Source: Eledone cirrhosa (taxonomy: Eukaryota). Taken from it: 64,000 nucleotides of DNA. Both the position numbers and the translations under genes were made by a program. This document shows positions 1-11,746 of this stretch, one piece after another. Each line of letters begins with the position of its first letter. Position 1 is the stretch's first letter. The notes beneath the pieces were generated by a model. The model worked only from the letters and a program-made list of their open reading frames with translations. It was not told where the DNA came from and searched no databases. The stretch covers positions 120,342,001 to 120,406,000 of the forward strand of contig OZ024744.1 of NCBI GenBank assembly GCA_964016885.1, given 5' to 3'.

Positions 1-2732
1 TCTCTCAATTCAGAGATTCTTTCCTCAGACATTCTAACCACATCTCATAGTATCACAGCTGTGATCTCTCAATTCAGAGATTCTTTCCTGAGATATTCTA
101 ACCACATGTCATAGTATCAGAGCTGTCATCTCTCAATTCAGAGATTCTTTCCTGAGACATTCTAACCACATGTCATAGTATCAGAACTGTGATCTCTTAA
201 TTTAGAGATTCTATCATGAGATAATCTAACCACATGTCATAGTATCAGAGCTGTGATCTCTCAATTCAGAGATTCTTTACTGAGACATTCTAACCACATG
301 TCATAGTATTAGAGCTGTGATCTCTCAATTCAGAGATTCTTTCCTGAGAAATTCTAACCACATGTCTGTAGTATCAGAGCTGTGATCTCTCAATTCAGAG
401 ATTATTTCCTGAGACATTCTGACTCCATGTCCACAGTATGAGAGCTGTGATCTCTCAATTCACAGATTCTTTCCTGAGACATTCTAACCACATGTCATAG
501 TATCAGTCTTGTGATCTCTCAATTCAGAGATTCTTTCATGAGATATTCTAACCACATGTCATAGTATCAGAGCTGTGATCTCTCAATTCAGAGATTCTTT
601 CCTGGGATATTCTAACCACATGTCATAGTATCAGAGGTGTGATCTCTCAATTCAGATATTCTTTCCTGAGACATTCTAACCACATGTCATAGTATCAGAG
701 CTGTGATCTCTCAATTCAGAGATTCTTTCCTGAGACATTCTAACCACATGTCATAGTATTAGAGCTGTGATCTCTCAATTCAGAGATTCTTTCCTGAGAC
801 ATTCTTACCACATGTCATATTATCAGAGCTGTGACCTCTCAATTTAGAGATTCTTTCCTGAGACATTCTAACCACATGTCATAGTATCAGAACTGTGATC
901 TCTCAATTCAGAGATTCTTTCCTGAGACATTCTAACCACATGTCATAGTATCAGAGCTGTGATCTCTCAATTCAGAGATTCTTTCCTGATACATTCTAAC
1001 CACATGTAATTGTATCAGAGCTGTGATCTCTCAATTCAGAGATTCTTTCCTGAGACATTCTAACCACATGTCTGTAGTATCAATGCTGTGAACTCTCAAT
1101 TCAGAGATTCTTTCCTGAGACAATCTAACAACATGTCATAGTATTGGAGCTGTGATCTCTCAATTCAGAGATTCTTTCCTGAGACATTCTAACCACATGT
1201 CATAGTATCAGAGCTGTGATCTCTCAATTAAGAGATTCTTTCCTGAGACATTCTAACCACATGTCATAGTATCAGAGCTGTGATATCTCAATTCAGAGAT
1301 TCTTTCCTGAGATATTCTAACCATATGTCATAGTATCAGAGCTGTGATATCTCAATTCAGAGATTCTTTCCTGAGACATTCTAACCACATGTCATAGTAT
1401 CAGAGCTGTGATCTCTTAATTTAGAGATTCTTTCATGAGATATTCTAACCACATGTCATAGTATTAGAGCTGTGATCTCTCAATTCAGAGATTCTTTCCT
1501 GAGACATTCAAACCACATGTCTGTATTATCAGAGCCGTGAACTCTCAATTCAGAGATTCTTTCCTGGGACATTCTAACCACATGTCATAGTATCAGGGCT
1601 GTGATCTCTCAATTCAGAGATTCTTTCATGAGACATTCTAACCACATGTCACAGTATCAGAGCTGTGATATCTCAATTCAGAGATTCTTTCATGAGACGT
1701 TCTAACTCCATGTCCACAGTATCAGATTTGTGATCTCTCAATTCAGAGATTCTTTCCTGAGACATTCTAACCACATGTCATAGTATCAGAGCTGTGATCT
1801 CCCAATTTAGGTATTCTTTCCTTAGATATTCTAACCACATGTCATAGTATTAGAGCTGTGATCTCTCAATTCAGAAATTCTTTCCTGAGACATTCTAAAC
1901 ACATGTCTGTAGTATCAGAGCTGTATGCTCTCAATTCAGAGATTCTTTCCTGAGACAATCTAACAACATGTCATAGTATTAGAGCTGTGATCATTCAATT
2001 CAGATATTCTTTCCTGAGACATTCAAACCACATGTCTGTACTATCAGAGCTGTGAACTCTCAATTCAGAGATTCTTTCCTGGGACATTCTAAATACATGT
2101 CATAGTATCAGAGTTGTGATCTCTCAATTTAGATATTCTTTCCTGAGATATTCTAACCACATGTCATAGTATCAGAGCTGTGATCTCTCAATTCAGATAT
2201 TCTTTCCTGAGACATTCTAACCACATGTCATAGTATCAGAGCTGTGATCTCTCAATTCAGAGATTCTTTCCTGAGACATTCTAACCACATGTCATAGTAT
2301 TAGAGCTGTGATCTCTCAATTCAGAGATTCTTTCCTGAGACATTCTTACCACATGTCATAGTATCAGAGCTGTGATCTCTCAATTTAGAGATTCTTACCT
2401 GAGACATTCTAACCACATGTCATAGTATCATAGCTGTGATCTCTCAATTCAGAGATTCTTTCCTGAGACATTCTAACCACATGTCATAGTATCAGAGCTG
2501 TCATCTCTCAATTCAGAGATTCTTTCCTGAGACATTCTAACCAAATGTCATAGTATCAGAGCTGTGATCTCTCAATTTAGAGATTCTTTCATGAGATATT
2601 CTAACCACATGTCATAATATCAGATCTATGATCTCTCAATTCAGAGATTCTTTCCTGAGACATTCTAACCCCATGTCTGTAGTATCAGAGCTGTGATCTC
2701 TCAATTCAGAGATTCTTTCCTGAGACATTCTA
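1..2732 (+). repeat. Forward-orientation satellite block (~42 monomers)
   Basis: Monomers are in consensus orientation up to ...cctgagacattcta (2732). Confidence 0.97.
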
Positions 2733-4405
2733 CAGACATGTGTTTAGAATGTCTCAGGAAAGAATCTCTGAATTGAGATATCACAGCTCTGATACTATGA
2801 CATATGGTTAGAATATCTCAGGAACGAATCTCTGAATTGAGATATCAAAGCTCTGATACTATGACATGTGGTTAGAATGTCCCAGGAAAGAATCTCTGAA
2901 TTGAGAGTTCACAGCTCTGATACTACAGACATGTGGTTAGAATGTCTCAGGAAAGAATCTCTGAATTGAGAGATCATAGCTCTGATACTATGACATGTGG
3001 TTAGAATGTATCAGGAAAGAATCACTGAATTGAGAGATCACAGCTCTGATACTACAGACATGTGGTTAGAATGTCTCAGGAAAGAATCTCTGAATTGAGA
3101 GATCATAGCTCTGATATTATGACATGTTAGAATATCTCATGAAAGAATCTCTAAATTGAGAGATCACAGCTCTGATACTATGACATGTGGTTAGAATGTC
3201 TCAGGAAAGAATCTCTGAATTGAGAAATGACAGCTCTGATACTATGATATGTGGTTAAAATATCTCAGGAAAGAATCTCTCAATTGAGATATCACAGGTC
3301 TGATACTATGACATGTGGTTAGAATGTTTCAGGAAAGAATCTCTGAATTGAGAGATCACAGCTATGATACTATGACATGTGGTTAGAACGTCTCAGGAAT
3401 GAATCTCTAAATTGAGAGATCACAGCTCTGATACTATGACATGTGGTAAGAATGTCTCAGGAAAGAATCTCTGAATTGAGATATCACAGCTCTGATACTG
3501 TGACATGTGGTTAGAATGTCTCATGAAAGAATCTCTGAATTGAGAGATCACAGTCCTGATACTATGACCTGTGGTTAGAATGTCCCAGGAAAGAATCTCT
3601 GAATTGAGAGTTCACAGCTCTGATACTACAGACATGTGGTTTGAATGTCTCAGGAAAGAATCTCTGAATAGAGAGATCACAGCTCTAATACTATGACATG
3701 TGGTTAGAATATCTCATGGAGTTAGAACGTCTCATGAAAGAATCTCTGAATTGAGATATCACAGTTCTGATACTGTGACATGTGGTTAGAATGTCTCATG
3801 AAAGAATCTCTGAATTGAGAGATCACAGCCCTGATACTATGACATGTGGTTAGAATGTCCCAGGAAAGAATCTCTGAATTGAGAGTTCACAGCTCTGATA
3901 CTACAGACATGTGGTTTGAATGTCTCAGGAAAGAATCTCTGAATAGAGAGAGCACAGCTCTAATACTATGACATGTGGTTAGAATATCTCATGAAAGAAT
4001 CTCTAAATTAAGAGATCACAGCTCTGATACTATGACATGTGCTTAGAATGTCTCAGGAAAGAATCTCTGAATTGAGAGATCACAGCTCCAATACTATGAC
4101 ATGTTGTTAGATTGTCTCAGGAAAGAATCTCTGAATTGAGAGCATACAGCTCTGATACTACAGACATGTGTTTAGAATGTCTCAGGAAAGAATCTCTGAA
4201 TTGAGAGATCACAACTCTGATACTATGACATGTGGTTAAAATGTCTCAGGAAAGAATATCTGAATTGAGAGATCACAGCTCTGATACTATGACATGTGGT
4301 TAGAATATCCCAAGAAAGAATCTCTGAATTGAGAGATCACAGCTCTGATACTATGACATGTGGTTAGAATATCTCATGAAAGAATCTCTGAATTGAGAGA
4401 TCACA
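2733..4405 (-). repeat. Inverted satellite block (~1.67 kb, ~26 monomers)
   Basis: The sequence reads as the reverse complement (gacatgtggttagaatgtctcaggaaagaatctctgaattgagagatcacagctctgatacta) from ~2733 to ~4405. Junction bases cta (2730-2732) and aca (4406-4408) can be assigned to either orientation. Confidence 0.97.
3481..3993 (-). repeat. 275-bp tandem duplication inside the inverted block, with an out-of-register junction
   Basis: The private variant gaatagagag occurs at 3666 and 3941 (offset 275 = 4x64+1+18). The junction atctCATGgagttagaacg has catg at 3715-3718. Confidence 0.8.
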
Positions 4406-6708
4406 ACATCTCATAGTATCACAGCCGTGATCTCTGAATTCAGAGATTCTATCATGAGATAATCTAACCACATGTCATAGTATCAGAGCTGTGATCTCTC
4501 AATTCAGAGATTCTTTCCTGAGACATTCTAAACACATGTCATAGTATTAGAGCTGTGATCTCTCAATTCAGAGATTCTTTCCTGAGAAATTCTAACCACT
4601 TGTCTGTAGTATCAGAGCTGTGATCTCTCAATTCAGAGATTATTTCCTGAGACATTCTAACTCCATGTCCACAGTATCAGAGCTGTGATCTCTCAATTCA
4701 GAGATTCTTTCCTGAGACATTCTAACCACATGTCATAGTATCAGTGTTGTGATCTCTCAATACAGAGATTCTTTCATGAGATATTCTAACCACATGTCAT
4801 AGTATCAGAGCTGTGATCTCTCAATTCAGAGATTCTTTCCTGGGATATTCTAACCACATGTCATAGTATCAGAGCTGTGATCTCTCAATTCAGATATTCT
4901 TTCCTGAGACATTCTAACCACATGTCATAGTATCAGAGCTGTGATCTCTCAATTCAGAGATTCTTTCCTGAGACATTCTAACCACATGTCATAGTATTAG
5001 AGTTGCGATCTCTCAATTCAGAGCTTCTTTCCTGAGACATTCTTACCACATGTCATAGTATCAGAGCTGTGATCTCTCAATTTAGAGATTCTTTCCTGAG
5101 ACATTCTAACCACATGTCATAGTATCAGAACTGTGATCTCTCAATTCAGAGATTCTTTCCTGAGATATTCTAACCACATGTCATAGTATCAGAGCTGTCA
5201 TCTCTCAATTCAGAGATTCTTTACTGAGACGTTCTAACCACATGTCATAGTATCAGAGCTGTGATCTCTCAATTTAGAGATTCTTTGATGAGATATTCTA
5301 ACCATATGTCATAATATCAGAGCTATGATCTCTCAATTCAGAGATTCTTTCTTGAGACATTCTAACCACATGTCTGTAGTATCAGATCTGTGATCTCTCA
5401 ATTCAGAGATTCTTTCCTGATACATTCTAACCACATGTCATACTATCAGAGCTGTGATCTCTCAATTCAGAGATTCTTTCCTGAGACATTCTAACCACAT
5501 GTCTGTAGTATCAGAGCTGTGAACTCTCAATTCAGAGATTCTTTCCTGGGACATTCTAACCACATGTCTTAGTATCAGGACTGTGATCTCTCAATTCAGA
5601 GATTCTTTCCTGAGACATTCTAACCACATGTCTCAGTATTAGAGCTGTGATCTCTCAATTCAGAGATTCTTTCCTGAGACATTCTAACCACATGTCTGTA
5701 GTATCAGAGCTGTGATCTCTCAATTCAAAGATTATTTCCTGAGACATTCTAACTCCATGTCCACAGTATCAGAGCTGTGATCTCTCAATTCAGAGATTCT
5801 TTCCTGAGACATTCTAACCACATGTCATAGTATCAGTGTTGTGATCTCTCAATTCAGAGATTCTTTCATGAGATATTCTAACCACATGTCATAGTATCAG
5901 AGCTGTGATCTCTCAATTCAGAGATTCTTTCCTGGGATATTCTAACCACATGTCATAGTATCAGATGTGTGATCTCTCAATTCAGATATTCTTTCCAGAG
6001 ACATTCTAACCACATGTCATAGTATCAGAGCTGTGATCTCTCAATTCAGAAATTCTTTCCTGAGACATTCTAACCACATGTCATAGTATTAGAGCTGTGA
6101 TCTCTCAATTCAGAGATTCTTTCCTGAGACATTCTTACCAAATGTCATAGTATCAGAGCTGTGATCTCTCAATTCAGAGATTCTTTCCTGAGACATTCTA
6201 ACCACATGTCATAGTATCAGAGCTGTGATATCTCAATTGAGAGATTCTTTCCTGAGATACTTTAACCACATATCATAGTATCAGAGCTGTCATCTCTCAA
6301 TTCAGAGATTCTTTCCTGAGACATTCTAACCACATGTCATAGTATCAGAGCTGTGATCTCTCAATTTAGAGATTCTTTCATGAGATATTCTAACCACATG
6401 TCATAATATCAGAGCTATGATCTCTCAATTCAGAGATTCTTTCTTGAGACATTCTAACCACATGTCTGTAGTATCAGATCTGTGATCTCTCAATTCAGAG
6501 ATTCTTTCCTGATACATTCTAACCACATGTCATAGTATCAGAGCTGTGATCTCTCAATTCAGAGATTCTTTCCTGAGACATTCTAACCACATGTCTGTAG
6601 TATCAGAGCTGTGATCTCTCAATTCAGAGATTCTTTCCTGGGACATTCTAACCACATGTCTTAGTATCAGGACTGTGATCTCTCAATTCAGAGATTCTTT
6701 CCTGAGAC

Positions 6709-9700
6709 ATTCTAACCGCATGTCTCAGTATCAGAGCTGTGATCTCTCAATTCAGAGATTCTTTCCTGAGACATTCTAACCACATGTCTCAGTATCAGAG
6801 CTGTGATCTCTCAATTCCGAGATTCTTTCCTGAGACATTCTAACTACATGTCATAGTATCAGAGCTGTGATATCTCAATAGAGAGATTCTTTCCTGAGAC
6901 ATTCTAACCACATGTCATAGTATCAGAGCTGTGATATCTCAATTCAGAGATTCTTTCCTGAGACATTCTAACCACATGTCATAGTATCAGAGCTGTGATC
7001 TCTTAATTTAGAGATTCTTTCATGAGATATTCTAACCACATGTCATAGTATCATAGCTGTGATCTCTCAATTCAGAGATTCTTTCCTGAGACATTCTAAC
7101 CACATGTAATAGTATCAGAGCTATGAACTCTCAATTCAGAGATTCTTTCCTGGGACATTCTAACCACATGTCTTAGTATCAGGACTGTGATCTCTCAATT
7201 CAGAGATTCTTTCCTGAGACATTCTAACCACATGTCATAGTATCAGTGTTGTGATCTCTCAATACAGAGATTCTTTCATGAGATATTCTAACCACATGTC
7301 ATAGTATCAGAGCTGTGATCTCTCAATTCAGAGATTCTTTCCTGGGATATTCTAACCACATGTCATAGTATCAGAGCTGTGATCTCTCAATTCAGATATT
7401 CTTTCCTGAGACATTCTAACCACATGTCATAGTATCAGAGCTGTGATCTCTCAATTCAGAGATTCTTTCCTGAGACATTCTAACCACATGTCATAGTATT
7501 AGAATTGCGATCTCTCAATTCAGAGATTCTTTCTTGAGACATTCTAACCACATGTCTGTAGTATCAGATCTGTGATCTCTCAATTCAGAGATTCTTTCCT
7601 GAGACATTCTAACCACATGTCATACTATCAGAGCTGTGATCTCTCAATTCAGAGATTCTTTCCTGAGACATTCTAACCACATGTCTGTAGTATCAGAGCT
7701 GTGAACTCTCAATTCAGAGATTCTTTCCTGGGACATTCTAACCACATGTCTTAGTATCAGGACTGTGATCTCTCAATTCAGAGATTCTTTCCTGAGACAT
7801 TCTAACCACATGTCTCAGTATTAGAGCTGTGATCTCTCAATTCAGAGATTCTTTCCTGAGACATTCTAACCACATGTCTGTAGTATCAGAGCTGTGATCT
7901 CTCAATTCAAAGATTATTTCCTGAGACATTCTAACTCCATGTCCACAGTATCAGAGCTGTGATCTCTCAATTCAGAGATTCTTTCCTGAGACATTCTAAC
8001 CACATGTCATAGTATCAGTGTTGTGATCTCTCAATTCAGAGATTCTTTCATGAGATATTCTAACCACATGTCATAGTATCAGAGCTGTGATCTCTCAATT
8101 CAGAGATTCTTTCCTGGGATATTCTAACCACATGTCATAGTATCAGATCTGTGATCTCTCAATTCAGATATTCTTTCCAGAGACATTCTAACCACATGTC
8201 ATAGTATCAGAGCTGTGATCTCTCAATTCAGAGATTCTTTCCTGAGACATTCTAACCACATGTCATAGTATTAGAGCTGTGATCTCTCAATTCAGAGATT
8301 CTTTCCTGAGACATTCTTACCAAAAGTCATAGTATCAGAGCTGTGATCTCTCAATTTAGAGATTCATTCCTGAGACATTCTAACCACATGTCATAGTATC
8401 ATAGCTGTGATCTCTCAATTCAGAGATTCTTTCCTGAGACATTCTAACCACATGTCATAGTATCAGAGCTGTGATATCTCAATTGAGAGATTCTTTCCTG
8501 AGATACTTTAACCACATATCATAGTATCAGAGCTGTCATCTCTCAATTCAGAGATTCTTTCCTGAGACATTCTAACCACATGTCATAGTATCAGAGCTGT
8601 GATCTCTCAATTTAGAGATTCTTTCATGAGATATTCTAACCACATGTCATAATATCAGAGCTATGATCTCTCAATTCAGAGATTCTTTCTTGAGACATTC
8701 TAACCACATGTCTGTAGTATCAGATCTGTGATCTCTCATTTCAGAGATTCTTTCCTGATACATTCTAACCACATGTCATAGTATCAGAGCTGTGATCTCT
8801 CAATTCAGAGATTCTTTCCTGAGACATTCTAACCACATGTCTGTAGTATCAGAGCTGTGAACTCTCAATTCAGAGATTCTTTCCTGGGACATTCTAACCA
8901 CATGTCTTAGTATCAGGACTGTGATCTCTCAATTCAGAGATTCTTTCCTGAGACATTCTAACCGCATGTCTCAGTATCAGAGCTGTGATCTCTCAATTCC
9001 GAGATTCTTTCCTGAGACATTCTAACCACATGTCATAGTATCAGAGCTGTGATATCTCAATAGAGAGATTCTTTCCTGAGACATTCTAACCACATGTCAT
9101 AGTATCAGAGCTGTGATATCTCAATTCAGAGATTCTTTCCTGAGACATTCTAACCACATGTCATAGTATCAGAGCTGTGATATCTCAATTCAGAGATTCT
9201 TTCCTGAGACATTCTAACCACATGTCATAGTATCAGAGCTGTGATCTCTTAATTTAGAGATTCTTTCATGAGATATTCTAACCGCATGTCTCAGTATCAG
9301 AGCTGTGATCTCTCAATTCAGAGATTCTTTCCTGAGACATTCTAACCACATGTCTCAGTATCAGAGCTGTGATCTCTCAATTCCGAGATTCTTTCCTGAG
9401 ACATTCTAACTACATGTCATAGTATCAGAGCTGTGATATCTCAATAGAGAGATTCTTTCCTGAGACATTCTAACCACATGTCATAGTATCAGAGCTGTGA
9501 TATCTCAATTCAGAGATTCTTTCCTGAGACATTCTAACCACATGTCATAGTATCAGAGCTGTGATCTCTTAATTTAGAGATTCTTTCATGAGATATTCTA
9601 ACCACATGTCATAGTATCATAGCTGTGATCTCTCAATTCAGAGATTCTTTCCTGAGACATTCTAACCACATGTAATAGTATCAGAGCTATGAACTCTCAA

Positions 9701-11746
9701 TTCAGAGATTCTTTCCTGGGACATTCTAACCACATGTCTTAGTATCAGGACTGTGATCTCTCAATTCAGAGATTCTTTCCTGAGACATTCTAACCACATG
9801 TCATAGTATCAGTGTTGTGATCTCTCAATACAGAGATTCTTTCATGAGATATTCTAACCACATGTCATAGTATCAGAGCTGTGATCTCTCAATTCAGAGA
9901 TTCTTTCCTGGGATATTCTAACCACATGTCATAGTATCAGAGCTGTGATCTCTCAATTCAGATATTCTTTCCTGAGACATTCTAACCACATGTCATAGTA
10001 TCAGAGCTGTGATCTCTCAATTCAGAGATTCTTTCCTGAGACATTCTAACCACATGTCATAGTATTAGAGTTGCGATCTCTCAATTCAGAGATTCTTTCT
10101 TGAGACATTCTAACCACATGTCTGTAGTATCAGATCTGTGATCTCTCAATTCAGAGATTCTTTCCTGAGACATTCTAACCACATGTCATACTATCAGAGC
10201 TGTGATCTCTCAATTCAGAGATTCTTTCCTGAGACATTCTAACCACATGTCTGTAGTATCAGAGCTGTGAACTCTCAATTCAGAGATTCTTTCCTGGGAC
10301 ATTCTAACCACATGTCTTAGTATCAGGACTGTGATCTCTCAATTCAGAGATTCTTTCCTGAGACATTCTAACCACATGTCTCAGTATTAGAGCTGTGATC
10401 TCTCAATTCAGAGATTCTTTCCTGAGACATTCTAACCACATGTCTGTAGTATCAGAGCTGTGATCTCTCAATTCAAAGATTATTTCCTGAGACATTCTAA
10501 CTCCATGTCCACAGTATCAGAGCTGTGATCTCTCAATTCAGAGATTCTTTCCTGAGACATTCTAACCACATGTCATAGTATCAGTGTTGTGATCTCTCAA
10601 TTCAGAGATTCTTTCATGAGATATTCTAACCACATGTCATAGTATCAGAGCTGTGATCTCTCAATTCAGAGATTCTTTCCTGGGATATTCTAACCACATG
10701 TCATAGTATCAGATCTGTGATCTCTCAATTCAGATATTCTTTCCAGAGACATTCTAACCACATGTCATAGTATCAGAGCTGTGATCTCTCAATTCAGAGA
10801 TTCTTTCCTGAGACATTCTAACCACATGTCATAGTATTAGAGCTGTGATCTCTCAATTCAGAGATTCTTTCCTGAGACATTCTTACCAAAAGTCATAGTA
10901 TCAGAGCTGTGATCTCTCAATTTAGAGATTCATTCCTGAGACATTCTAACCACATGTCATAGTATCATAGCTGTGATCTCTCAATTCAGAGATTCTTTCC
11001 TGAGACATTCTAACCACATGTCATAGTATCAGAGCTGTGATATCTCAATTGAGAGATTCTTTCCTGAGATACTTTAACCACATATCATAGTATCAGAGCT
11101 GTCATCTCTCAATTCAGAGATTCTTTCCTGAGACATTCTAACCACATGTCATAGTATCAGAGCTGTGATCTCTCAATTTAGAGATTCTTTCATGAGATAT
11201 TCTAACCACATGTCATAATATCAGAGCTATGATCTCTCAATTCAGAGATTCTTTCTTGAGACATTCTAACCACATGTCTGTAGTATCAGATCTGTGATCT
11301 CTCATTTCAGAGATTCTTTCCTGATACATTCTAACCACATGTCATAGTATCAGAGCTGTGATCTCTCAATTCAGAGATTCTTTCCTGAGACATTCTAACC
11401 ACATGTCTGTAGTATCAGAGCTGTGAACTCTCAATTCAGAGATTCTTTCCTGGGACATTCTAACCACATGTCTTAGTATCAGGACTGTGATCTCTCAATT
11501 CAGAGATTCTTTCCTGAGACATTCTAACCGCATGTCTCAGTATCAGAGCTGTGATCTCTCAATTCCGAGATTCTTTCCTGAGACATTCTAACCACATGTC
11601 ATAGTATCAGAGCTGTGATATCTCAATAGAGAGATTCTTTCCTGAGACATTCTAACCACATGTCATAGTATCAGAGCTGTGATATCTCAATTCAGAGATT
11701 CTTTCCTGAGACATTCTAACCACATGTCATAGTATCAGAGCTGTGA
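6709..11746 (+). repeat. Higher-order tandem duplication, period 2566 bp (40 monomers)
   Basis: Rare markers recur at exactly +2566: tcaattccga 6811/9377, taactacatg 6841/9407, ttgcg 7505/10071, caaaag 8321/10887, atctctcattt 8731/11297. A more rearranged third copy lies upstream at ~4740-6700 (offsets 2502 and 2182). Confidence 0.9.

Noticed and set aside
2733-4405. Recombinase-controlled invertible switch or transposon with terminal inverted repeats
   Set aside because: The content is only satellite. The junctions share just 3-bp microhomologies at non-reciprocal positions, and no recombinase or TSD is present.
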